A stretch of 64,000 nucleotides of DNA from positions 576,001 through 640,000 of the forward strand of contig OZ241875.1 in assembly GCA_965203325.1 (NCBI GenBank). Direction: 5' to 3'. This DNA is from a bacterium. GTDB lineage: Bacteria > UBA8248. The position numbers and the translations under genes were made by a program. Each line of letters opens with the position of its first letter. Position 1 is the stretch's first letter. The notes below the pieces were generated by a model. That model saw only the letters and a list, made by a program, of their open reading frames with translations. It was not told the origin of the DNA and ran no database searches. Positions 38,211 through 48,183 of the stretch are shown here, one piece after another.

Positions 38211-40193
38211 ATGAAGATTGAGCGCTTGCGGATTAAGAATTTTCGGTGTTTTGGGGGCAACCACAAGAACATCCCTTTTGAGCATGGCGTCACCGCGTTC
38301 GTTGGCGGTAATGGCTCCGGCAAGACAGCAACCTTTCTTGCTCTTTCTCGCCTGTTTGGCGTCAGTTCGTCACAACGTGCCGTGCACCGGAGGGATTTTC
38401 ATATTCCCAAAGAGAGCCACCAATTGGAATCGGGAGCCTCGCTGACAATAGAGGCAATCTTCGGTTTCCCGGAACTGGAGGGTCTAGAAGAGGAGGAGTA
38501 CGAGCATGCGGTCCCCGAATTCTTCCTTCAGATGGCCGCTTCGGGCCCTGGCGAGCCGTTGAAGGTTCGCATGCAACTCCAAGCAACTTGGACTGATGAC
38601 AGTACACCGGATGGAAACATTGAAGAGGACTTGCGCTGGATAACGACGCTTGACGAAGTATTTGACTGGGATGAATGCGCAAGGGTCCAGGCGGTTCAGC
38701 GGGGTTCAATTCAACTGATCTACGTTCCCGCAGTTCGCGACGCTGCTAGTCAGGTTACGAATCTCTTAAAAGGACGCCTTTGGAAGGCAGCTCGCTGGTC
38801 GGAAGGGTTTCGAGATCGGAGCGCGCGAAGCGCGGAGAAGCTCCAACGGCGCTTTGAAGAGGAAGAACCAGCAGAGTTCTTAATCGAACGTTTGTCAGAT
38901 CGATGGCTGCAACTCAGCGAAGCAGACACCGACACCACGCCAGCCCTAAAGCTCGTTGACAGCCGTTTTGAGGAGTTGGTGCGAAAGGCCGAGTTCGTAT
39001 TTTCACCCGACGAAGAGGGGCGTGAACGTGAATTGGCTGATCTGAGTGATGGGCAACGATCTCTGTTTCATATCGCTCTCACCGCCGCCACGCTTGAGGT
39101 TGAGAAAGATGCATTTGCACAGTCGGCGGATGAGAGTTTTTTTGAGCATGAAAAGCTCCGCAGAACGCATTTGACGCTTTTCGCTATTGAGGAACCAGAG
39201 AACAGTCTGTCCCCGTTTTTTCTCTCGCGTATCGTATCGCAGGCGCGTGAGATCGGTGCCTTGCCAATGGCTCAGGTGATGATATCGAGCCATTCATCAG
39301 CAATCCTGAGTCGCATTGAACCTGAGGAGGTGCGGTATTTTCGACTTAATCGTCGGAGTCGGAGGGCTGTGGTCCGGAAGCTTTCGTTACCAAGAGATGA
39401 TCAGGAGGCGAGCCAATATGTGCGGCTCGCCGTGAAAGCATATCCGGAACTCTATTTCGCGCGATTCGTGGTTTTGGGCGAAGGGGATTCAGAGCGGCTT
39501 GTAATTCCGAGAATTGCAGGCGCCATGGGCCTGGCGCTCGACCCGTCCTTTGTCCCGGTCGTTCCCCTTGGAGGTCGTTTTATTGGCCACTTCTGGAAGC
39601 TGCTTTCAGATTTACGTATCCCGCATGCTACGTTGCTTGATTTGGATCTCGGTAGAAAACATGGCGGGGCAAGTGCAATAAAAAAAGCCGTCACCGCGCT
39701 CGAAGAGTATGGGGTCGACTTTTCCGAGAAACCTTGTGTTGAGAATGGAATGGTAGACCCTGAAGCAATTGATGACCTGGATGACGCAGAACTGCTTGAT
39801 GAGGAACACCACTGGTTCGACGCCCTTGCCAAAGAGAATGTCTTTTTCTCCCATCCGATCGATCTCGACTTTGCGATGCTATCCGCATTCCAGGAGGCGT
39901 ACCAAACGCCACATCCGGGCGGGCGGGGACCGCGAATGAGTAAGAATGCGATCGAAGAAAAAAAGAGAACCACGCTGAAGACCGGCGGTACCCCCGATTT
40001 ATATGATGAGGACTATAACGGCGCATTTTCCTGGTATCCTTACCTGTTCCTGAACCGCAGCAAACCTGAAACGCACATTGCGGCACTTTCCTGTATTGAC
40101 GAGCAGATTCTTGCGAAAGACGCACCCAACGAGATCAAAGCGCTGATCGATGCCATCTGCGAAGCGCTGGGGCTGCCGGAAGACGAAATATGA
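38211..40193 (+). CDS. gajA: OLD-family ABC-ATPase/Toprim nuclease (Gabija GajA-like)
   Basis: GGNGSGKT, LSDG, IEEPEN, SSHS, Toprim GEGDSE and LDLD; ATGA-coupled to a UvrD gene. Confidence 0.85.
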   Translation: MKIERLRIKNFRCFGGNHKNIPFEHGVTAFVGGNGSGKTATFLALSRLFGVSSSQRAVHRRDFHIPKESHQLESGASLTIEAIFGFPELEGLEEEEYEHAVPEFFLQMAASGPGEPLKVRMQLQATWTDDSTPDGNIEEDLRWITTLDEVFDWDECARVQAVQRGSIQLIYVPAVRDAASQVTNLLKGRLWKAARWSEGFRDRSARSAEKLQRRFEEEEPAEFLIERLSDRWLQLSEADTDTTPALKLVDSRFEELVRKAEFVFSPDEEGRERELADLSDGQRSLFHIALTAATLEVEKDAFAQSADESFFEHEKLRRTHLTLFAIEEPENSLSPFFLSRIVSQAREIGALPMAQVMISSHSSAILSRIEPEEVRYFRLNRRSRRAVVRKLSLPRDDQEASQYVRLAVKAYPELYFARFVVLGEGDSERLVIPRIAGAMGLALDPSFVPVVPLGGRFIGHFWKLLSDLRIPHATLLDLDLGRKHGGASAIKKAVTALEEYGVDFSEKPCVENGMVDPEAIDDLDDAELLDEEHHWFDALAKENVFFSHPIDLDFAMLSAFQEAYQTPHPGGRGPRMSKNAIEEKKRTTLKTGGTPDLYDEDYNGAFSWYPYLFLNRSKPETHIAALSCIDEQILAKDAPNEIKALIDAICEALGLPEDEI

Positions 40194-42043
40194 GCCTGAC
40201 CAGCCCGGAGGAATGGCAACCGCAAGGCGTCGATGATCTCGAACCCCGGGCTTGGGAAGCACTTAGGGAAACCGAGCAGAGCATCCTCGTTACAGCAGGC
40301 GCCGGTGCGGGCAAAACAGAATTTCTCGCGCAGAAAGCGGCTTACCTTCTGCAAACCGGGCTCTGCCCTGCTCCGAAGCGCATCTTGGCGATCAGCTTTA
40401 AGCGAGATGCTGCGCGTAATTTGACGCTTCGCGTTGAGAGGCGCTGTACGCCTGAACAGGCGCGCCGCTTCAATTCCTTCACATTCGATGCTTTCGCAAA
40501 GAACCTCGTTGATCGTTTCAGGGCAGCGATATCCGGCGAATTTCAGCCTCCCGCTGACTATCGCATCGTCATGCCGAGGAATCCGGATTTCCGTTATTTT
40601 CTTGAAAATAGGAATATTCGTGCCATTGGAGAACAGCAGCTTGAGCGGCTGGTTGCGCGAACACCTTTGCCGTTTAACGGTGATGGCCTAGCCGTTCAGA
40701 CCCTTCACGCGTATTGGCACGCGCAATTCGAGGACCACGAGGATGTCCTACTTTCCTTTGCCATGATAAACCGTCTAGCGCTTCGAATGCTGGAGGAAAA
40801 CCCATCAGTTCGGCGCGCCCTGCATCTTAGCTATCCGGTTATTTTCCTAGACGAATTCCAGGACACGACTTTCCCCCAATATGAATTGCTGCAGGCAGCT
40901 TTTAACGACGGTCATCCAATATTCACAGCGGTCGGAGACGACAAGCAACGCATCATGGTTTGGGCCGGCGCAATGCCTGAAGCATTTGATACATTTGCTG
41001 ACGATTATCACGCGCGCCGTATACCACTAATTTGCAATTGGCGTTCCCATGAGGATCTCGTTCGCATGCAACAAGTGATTGCCACACGGATCGATCCAAC
41101 AGTAGAGCATCCCGAGGCTCAGGCTGAGCGTTCAGTCGACGGCGAAATTGCGGCCATTTGGCAGTTCGCGACGGAGGAAGAGGAAGCCGAAATCCTCGCG
41201 GCGTGGATCGCGCAGGAAGTTGCCGTTGGTACGGTCGAACCGCACGACACGGCCATTCTGGTCCGCATGCATGCTAACAATGTAGAAAACAAGCTCTCCG
41301 ACGCTTTTGCCCGCTACGGGATTCGCCTGCGAAATGTCGCACGCGATGTCGGCGGGATTTCCATCCAGGATGTGCTTAGCGAGGAGCTCACGCAGATTCT
41401 TCTGCCACTTCTGCGCCTTGGAAGCACCATCCGCAGTCCGGACAATTGGGATTCTTCGCTTCGGAACCTTCAATTCCTCGAAGCCGTCGACACAGAGAAT
41501 GATGCGGCCTTGCTAAGACTGGAGCAGCGACTGGAAACGTTCGTGCGGGAGATGCGCCTTTCGATGCGCAGCGACAATCCCGATGAAGACTCCATTGAGG
41601 CTGCCGCATGCGCTGCTCTCGCGTTTGTGCAAGAGGAAAAAGTTCGACAAGCCTTTCCCGAATATCACCGTCAGCGTGATTTTGACCGCGCGTGGAGCGG
41701 GTTTGTAACGCTCCTGAAAGAATGCGCTGCGATAGGCGACACCTGGACCACCATCCTCGACGAATTCGAGGGAACCGACCAAGTCGTGCTGATGACCATC
41801 CATAGGAGCAAGGGCCTGGAATTTCATACGATGATCTTCTACGGGCTAGATGATCGAACTTGGCGGAGCCTAGCATCGCAGCGCCTTGAAGAACTGAACT
41901 CGTTCTTTGTTGCATTCACCAGAGCACGTCAACGTGCTTTCTTCACCTTATGTGATGAACGAGGGCGACCAGTTGCTTGGCTCGAAAGGCTCCTGCTTCC
42001 TGCTGGTGTCAACCGCGTGGAGGGTAAAATATTGATTGCGTGA
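40190..42043 (+). CDS. gajB: UvrD-like helicase (Gabija GajB-like)
   Basis: AGAGAGKT, LDEFQD, VGDDKQRI, NWRS, TIHRSKGLEF, VAFTRAR. Confidence 0.85.
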   Translation: MSLTSPEEWQPQGVDDLEPRAWEALRETEQSILVTAGAGAGKTEFLAQKAAYLLQTGLCPAPKRILAISFKRDAARNLTLRVERRCTPEQARRFNSFTFDAFAKNLVDRFRAAISGEFQPPADYRIVMPRNPDFRYFLENRNIRAIGEQQLERLVARTPLPFNGDGLAVQTLHAYWHAQFEDHEDVLLSFAMINRLALRMLEENPSVRRALHLSYPVIFLDEFQDTTFPQYELLQAAFNDGHPIFTAVGDDKQRIMVWAGAMPEAFDTFADDYHARRIPLICNWRSHEDLVRMQQVIATRIDPTVEHPEAQAERSVDGEIAAIWQFATEEEEAEILAAWIAQEVAVGTVEPHDTAILVRMHANNVENKLSDAFARYGIRLRNVARDVGGISIQDVLSEELTQILLPLLRLGSTIRSPDNWDSSLRNLQFLEAVDTENDAALLRLEQRLETFVREMRLSMRSDNPDEDSIEAAACAALAFVQEEKVRQAFPEYHRQRDFDRAWSGFVTLLKECAAIGDTWTTILDEFEGTDQVVLMTIHRSKGLEFHTMIFYGLDDRTWRSLASQRLEELNSFFVAFTRARQRAFFTLCDERGRPVAWLERLLLPAGVNRVEGKILIA

Positions 42044-42862
42044 CTTCACGGCCTCAAGAGAGAAGTAAGCGCACAATTGACAGGCTGGATGCTACATATA
42101 TTCTAGTTTACTCTTGCCAGTTATCAATGCGGCACTCTATGGCAGATCCCGCGAAGCAACCGAGTGTGTCTCCCCCCTTTTAAGGGGGCTTTGCCGCCAA
42201 AGGCCAGCCCACGGCTTCAGCCAATCCCAATAGGTGATGGGGGTCAGCACGTTTATGCAGTGCTCGCGTCAGACATGGTCGGCGTTGCGCGGAAGGTAGC
42301 GCTCGGCCGTCAGGAAGGCCTCGCACCGAAGCAAGACCGTACTCGCAGAAACCCGCCGAACTTTCTCGCTGATATAGCCGAACAACTGCTTTATTAGACG
42401 AGCCGAGCGCGCAGGGTTGGCAAACGGTGTCCGAGACGACAACAAGCATGTCAGGCGCGTTCTTGCGACCGCCCCTCGGCCCGAAAGATGATGATTGCGC
42501 AATCATCAGGCGTACGTGCGACAAGGGTACGCATGTTGGTCATTTCTCCATTTATTCCACTGCGCAGCCATCTTTCTGATGGCATAGTTGCCTATTGGAA
42601 TACATTATGGCTTGCATCCTACGAGAGCCAATACGGTCCCACACAGACCAAGATAACAGAAATGTGTAATTCCCACGATTACCAAGCAAACGTCGGTGTC
42701 TCGAGTCTCTTCGGGACTTCCGTATTGAGAACATGGCCCCCGTTGGCCTTCTTGGCGATTAGGGCAAGAGCGAGCAGGGTGACAAGAGAACCGAGACTAA
42801 GTCGGACATAGGGAGCCCGCCCGTTTTCCAGGAAAGGCACATGTGCCGCTTGGGTCTTTTTA

Positions 42863-43753
42863 CTACCAATCAGAAAGAGTGATGTTGATGCGTATGGCGG
42901 CACCGATCGGACCGGACCGACGGTTGATTAGTGGCCCAATCAGATCTTGGTCAGACTGCGAGTACTGTCGTCCCACTTTACATCGCAACAGCAATTCTGC
43001 GGTCCACGTTTCAAGTCGCCAATTTTCGTCACCCGACGACAACTGTAATTCTTTGAAGCTTGGACTGGCTTTTGGTCTGGAAGGGTCGTTGAGAACGCTT
43101 TCAATGGCACTGGACCTTACTACACGCGGTCCCAAAGGAGGAAATTGCACTGTATGATAGTTCGCCGCAGGCAAAGTGGATTCGAACGGAATTTGCGGTG
43201 GATGATAGAGAAGATAGAAAATCGATTCTCCAAATTTCTGTTGAAAATCACCAATGCGTTTCAATTGTTTATCATCGTGTTTGATCGCCGCATAGATCGA
43301 TTGGTCAATAAACTCGTAAGTCGTCCTCCTGATTAGTGGCGCGGTTGTTTCGAGAGGATTCAACAAACGGTTCAGGCCGTAACTAAAACCAATAGGGTCA
43401 TCGGTATCGACGTCATGATTCTCCGGGTATAGGCGCTTGGATTGTAGAAGGCCGATCTTCTGAGCTGTCGGTTTTCCACCGGAATATACGTGAACAAGAA
43501 AGGCAACATCGGCAAGCTCCCATTTCTCCAACTGTCTAAGGCCACCAATATTGTGCACCTGAATCATTACGACCGCGTTCGACGGAAGGCGCTTGGGAGC
43601 GGCAAATTTGGCTACAGCATTGACGAGCGCGTCATCCAGCGATGTTTCTCTAATGTTTGGTTGGTTGGATATTCGCTCAGTAGTTTCATCCGATGCATAC
43701 CGAACAACCATTCTAACATATTCAATGACGTCTTCCGGAATATCTGGCCACAT
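42863..43753 (-). CDS. Hypothetical protein, possible restriction-endonuclease fold
   Basis: 296-aa ORF with E...WELADVAFLV...KIGLLQSKRL (D...QxK variant). Confidence 0.55.
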   Translation of the reverse strand: MWPDIPEDVIEYVRMVVRYASDETTERISNQPNIRETSLDDALVNAVAKFAAPKRLPSNAVVMIQVHNIGGLRQLEKWELADVAFLVHVYSGGKPTAQKIGLLQSKRLYPENHDVDTDDPIGFSYGLNRLLNPLETTAPLIRRTTYEFIDQSIYAAIKHDDKQLKRIGDFQQKFGESIFYLLYHPPQIPFESTLPAANYHTVQFPPLGPRVVRSSAIESVLNDPSRPKASPSFKELQLSSGDENWRLETWTAELLLRCKVGRQYSQSDQDLIGPLINRRSGPIGAAIRINITLSDW

Positions 43754-43801
43754 GAGAAAATTGCTCCTTCAATATTCGGTCAGAATTTGCAGATTGTGTC
43801 A

Positions 43802-45214
43802 GGGTTAAGTCCTAAACTTGCTGGAAAATTAAGAGGGGTGCCTCCTCGGCGGAGGAACCATGAACCCGTGCCGGTGAGCGCCGGCATCCCACCGAGGAGG
43901 CAACCCCATGAAGAAGAGAATACAGGCATCGATGCATACCCGCCAATCCCTGTCCGACCTGCTCGAAGGCCGTCTGTCGAGTCCTGATGCGCGAGCCGAC
44001 CTGGTGAAGCTCGCCACGCGGCTCATCGTGGAAGAGGCGCTGGAGGCGGAGAGCCGCGACGCCTTGGGCCGGGAATACTACGAACACGGCGCGAAGCCCG
44101 GCCAGGGCTACCGCAACGGTCACCGCCCGGGTCGCCTGAAGACGGCCGAAGGGTTCATCGAGTACGCGGCGCCGCAGATTGCCGGGCGCGAGGAAGGGTT
44201 CCGCTCCGAGATCCGCGAGGGCCTCAAGGGGCGCACCGAGGCGCTCGAGGGGCTGGCGGTGGAGCTTCTGGCGCGCGGCCTGTCGGTGCGCGACATCGAA
44301 GACGTCTTCACCGACGAGAGCGGTCGTCTTCTGCTCTCGCGCACGGCGGTCTCCGAACTCGGTGAGCGTCTCTGGGAAGACTACCAGGAGTTCGCGTCAA
44401 GGGACCTGGGCGAGCACGAGGTCGTCTATCTGTTCATCGACGGGATTGCGGAACGTATCCGCCCGGGGAGCAGGCGCGAGCCGGTTCTGGCCGCCTGGGG
44501 ATTCACGGCGAACGGCGCGAAGGTTCTCCTGCACCTGATGGCGGGTTCAAAAGAAGACGCCGAGACGGTGAGCGCGTTCTTCCACGACATGCGCGCCCGC
44601 GGCCTGGGCGACCCTTTGCTGGTGGTCAGCGACGGAGCGCCCGGCATCATCAAGGCGATCGAGACGTGCTTCCCGCGCTCGGAGCGGCAACGCTGCCTGG
44701 CGCACCGGATGAGGAACCTCGCGGCCAAGGCGCCCGAGGACCTCTGGCCGGAGTTCAAGGCGCGGGCGACGGCGGCCTACCAGGCCCCCTCGCGCGCCAT
44801 CGCCCGGGAACTGGCCGAAGGGATAGTCAGGGACTACGAGTCCGAACTGCCCGGCGCCGTGGCGTGTATCGCGACGACTTCGAAGCCTGCATCGCGCACC
44901 TGCGGGCGCCCGTCAACCACCGCCGGGCCGTGCGCACCACGAACCTCTTGGAGCGCTTGCTCGTCGAGGAACGCAGGCGGATGAAGATCATCCCCAACGC
45001 CTTCGGGGAAAAGCCGGTGCTCAAGCTCATGTTCGCCGCCATGATCCGGGCTTCGGAGCGATGGCGGGCGCTCAGGGTCACCGGCTTCGAACGCCGACAG
45101 ATGGACGCCCTGAGAAGGGAACTGGACCAGGACTACGAGGCGGAAAACGACATCAGGCAGCCCTCGGCCGATATGCGCCCAAAGAAATTATCCAGCATCT
45201 ACAGGACTTGACCC
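43802..45214 (+). mobile_element. IS256-family insertion sequence
   Basis: TIRs GGGTTAAGTCCTAAACTTGCTGGAAAATT / GGGTCAAGTCCTGTAGATGCTGGATAATT (23/29 match); no target-site duplication seen. Confidence 0.9.
43908..45211 (+). pseudogene. IS256 (Mutator-type) transposase with a frameshift near 44868
   Basis: YRNG, YLFIDG, VSDGAPG, QRCLAH in one frame; DDFEAC...RTTNLLER continues in another frame. Confidence 0.88.
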
Positions 45215-45698
45215 TTTTTAGTTCCGCCTTGCTCGGCTGATAGGTAGGTTTGACGACTTTTACGGTGGGGCGTTTTGGCTGATCTTTTTTCATTATTCCC
45301 AACCCTCCTTCATCATGTCATTCCCCCTTCGGAAAGCTATCCTTGCGCACTGTGAAATAATATGCAATTCTTTTTCCGTCACTATTGCTTGAGAGAACCC
45401 GTCACATCCGTCGGGTCTCTCGCTGAATACAACAGCCTGCACGATTCCGGGGGTCGCTCCCTTGGGAAAGGTGAATAGGCGAGTCTTCACACGATCTCTC
45501 AAGTGATAGTGACGCGGCCCGGCCTGGACGGGTCACGTCATCAAAAATGCGTCGGGGTTCCCGCTCGAACGAGAACCCCGACTTGGTGGGGTTCGCCACC
45601 ACACAACACATGGTATTCATCCTGTGTAGCACACCCCACCGACCTGAACGATGAACAAAGGTGTGTCCTTTCAAAATCGCTTGTCGGGAGGGTGACCA

Positions 45699-46235
45699 AT
45701 GCGTCATTTTCTGTGTCTGTTTTTTGTTGTCCTTGTGGTTTCCGGATGCAAGTCCGCCATGGACTTCAAACCGCCACCTGCCCAAACCGCCCAAGAAAAA
45801 GCGGACGTACGGGTAACCGAGCAGCATTTTAGTGCCGAGAGAGAAGCAACGCGGTTATGGCAGAAAGCGGAAGATCGCGCACGCGCGGCGATCATGAGAT
45901 CAAGTGCAGGAGACGAGTGGATAGCTGTTGCGAAAGAATATCAGGACGCCAAGTTTCAATGGGAATACAGCTACAAGGGAGGGCGCATGGACTCTCTGGG
46001 TGAAGTTCTTTTCAACGCCATGTTCGTGGATAGATACAAAGCCGCAAGAAGTCGATATCACGAAGCCAAGCAGAAATACGAGTCACTGCGGAAAGACATG
46101 CGGAGAACTCTTTACAGAATGACAGCTGAGTTTCTTGAAGATGAGATCAGGAAAATTCGTGAAAGGAAACAAGATTCGCTCTTGGGCAAGCTCAGAAGAT
46201 TGATGAAGAAAAAGAAAGCCGAAATGACGCTCTAA
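45699..46235 (+). CDS. Hypothetical lipoprotein
   Basis: GGGAGG RBS; signal peptide MRHFLCLFFVVLVVSG-C with lipobox; helical body. Confidence 0.7.
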   Translation: MRHFLCLFFVVLVVSGCKSAMDFKPPPAQTAQEKADVRVTEQHFSAEREATRLWQKAEDRARAAIMRSSAGDEWIAVAKEYQDAKFQWEYSYKGGRMDSLGEVLFNAMFVDRYKAARSRYHEAKQKYESLRKDMRRTLYRMTAEFLEDEIRKIRERKQDSLLGKLRRLMKKKKAEMTL

Positions 46236-46269
46236 AGAAGCATTTCCGTTGCGAAAGGGAAATATTGAA

Positions 46270-46506
46270 ATGCAGATATTTCAACATGAAGAAGAAAGTT
46301 ATAGCGAATGGCTTGAAAGCAATCCCAAAGGCTTCGTCTTGAATAACGGTATGATTCATCGTGCTTCTTGTTTCCATATCCATCTAGGTGCATACAAAAA
46401 GATCATGAGTAGCAATTTGAGTGATCTCGTTACTCATTTACTTGCAAAGCATGAAGGATGGACTTACTGCAAGACTTGTACACCACAAAACTGGAAAGAG
46501 ATTTGA
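46270..46506 (+). CDS. Small hypothetical protein with possible His/Cys metal site
   Basis: YSEWLESNPKGFVLN...HRASC...CKTC. Confidence 0.55.
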   Translation: MQIFQHEEESYSEWLESNPKGFVLNNGMIHRASCFHIHLGAYKKIMSSNLSDLVTHLLAKHEGWTYCKTCTPQNWKEI

Positions 46507-46852
46507 TTACCGATTGAATTTCCGGCATGAAGACGGAGGCCGCGGCTACTACCGGGGCCTCCGTTCCGCCCGTTCGCTTGTTGGCTTGACCACTAACGGG
46601 GATACTTCCAAAATCAATTGCTGAAATATTTCCGAAAAAATTGCTCATGTCAACCTCTCAGGTCCAGTGTGCCCGGGAGGAAAATGAGATGCAATACGAA
46701 ACAAGAAAAAGGCACCTCAACTATCAAGAACTGATGAAAGAGAACTTGTGCAAGCAAGGAAAACTGAAACGGAGAATCATTCGAAAATTTCGCATTGATT
46801 CTATCTCTGTGGTTGGGCCTTCAGAAAAGATTCCGGTTCTGATAGGGAGAAA

Positions 46853-47068
46853 ATGAAAATGGACACGACCGAGAGACATGAACGAAAAATCCACGCGCTC
46901 ACGCACGCCTTGCGTGAGATTATTGTGGCGCTGCTACCCCTGCTTGATGAGAAGCAACGCTTCCAGCTCACTGCGGAAATATCCAAGAAAGCGCATGGGT
47001 TCTCGATGACCCCGGACGATGATCCCTATCAGCAGATATTCCAGGAGCTTGAGGAGGTGCTGCTTTAA
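46853..47068 (+). CDS. Small hypothetical protein
   Basis: GGGAGA RBS, 71-aa amphipathic helical ORF. Confidence 0.45.
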   Translation: MKMDTTERHERKIHALTHALREIIVALLPLLDEKQRFQLTAEISKKAHGFSMTPDDDPYQQIFQELEEVLL

Positions 47069-47879
47069 TTTGGTGTTCTGGTTGGCGCTTATGTTTTAAC
47101 GAATTGTAGACGCCTCGACAGAGGCCGTGCATGCGATTTTTTCATAAAGGGCGGCACGCTCTTCGGGGGTACAAAGACAATCGACGACGGCGTTGATTTT
47201 CACCTCAAGATACCATCCTTTACTGGATTTTCTTCCAGAGGTGACAGCCAATTCAGTTCTATCAAGAAGCCATTCATCGATTTGACGGCGGAATGGACGT
47301 GCAACATAAGGCTGCAACAGTTGCAAGGTTAGAATTTAGTGTTGAAAACGTCATAACTTATTGTTTTTAAATGCTATATACCCCCAACAGATTAACGTTC
47401 ACTCCTTTCATGTGTCTCACAAATCCTCAGGCAGCGAGACCAGTCTCTCAGCATGCCAAAAAAACTAGCTAGACTCTGTCTGCGGGTTAAGGTTTCCGCG
47501 AAGGATTTCCTACCGCCTCTTGGTCGCGTCTTACGATCATAGGGAAACAAACCAACTAACCACTCTCTCCGTTCTGTCATGACACATTGGCAAGTGAGCC
47601 AAAAATTCTCCGTTGCAATATGGCTTTTACAGGACAATTCGGACAGACGGAGAGTAGGATAATTTGGAGACGACATCTTCGGAACGCAAACGCGATTCAC
47701 TAAACTGCACTCGCACCAGTACCGGACTGAGATGGATAGGAGAAACGGAATAATTCTACTGAAAAGCATAAGTTTATTAAGATTAGAGACTTATTAAAGA
47801 CACCCTAGCTCTCGAATATCCTCACCTATGTATGATATATTGTTGGAAAACAAAAAATAATGGGATATAAAGCTAATAT

Positions 47880-47892
47880 AATCAATAAGTTA
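47880..47892 (+). promoter_or_regulatory. IHF consensus site next to attR
   Basis: AATCAATAAGTTA matches WATCAANNNNTTR, 15 bp from the att core, in an AT-rich tract. Confidence 0.6.
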
Positions 47893-47907
47893 ATATTATT
47901 ATTCTAA

Positions 47908-47924
47908 TCCGGCCTTGGGCACCA
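47908..47924 (+). repeat. attR core (duplicated tRNA-Leu 3' end)
   Basis: Identical to 12455-12471; similarity extends imperfectly to about 47990. Confidence 0.92.
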
Positions 47925-48183
47925 CTTACCTTTTCTCACGTTTCCGTGAATAAGCGATTTTGCCCTGAACCCCTTGTAACACAGGGGTTTTCTGTTTCTA
48001 TCACGTTAGTTGTTGTCATTGGTCCTTGCATGTTGACGAATAGCCATCATCAAAGAAAGCAGTTAGATATCAATGAGTTCCAATATATCGCCAAGTATCG
48101 AAAAGAATTTTCACATGATTGTAAAAAAAGAGTGCGCGTGCGACGATTGTGTCTGGATATGACGCTCGAACCCCTCGATAACG

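Larger units (their letters stand above)
12455..47924. mobile_element. tRNA-Leu-integrated genomic (defence) island, about 35.5 kb
   Basis: Direct repeat of the tRNA 3' end at both ends, tyrosine integrase next to the tRNA, visible drop in GC content, mobile and defence cargo. Confidence 0.9.

Noticed and set aside
42190..42420. Minus-strand remnant (CEAFLTAERYLPRNADHV*REHCINVLTPITYWDWLKPW)
   Set aside because: Looks like a decayed gene end but I cannot assign a family or limits.
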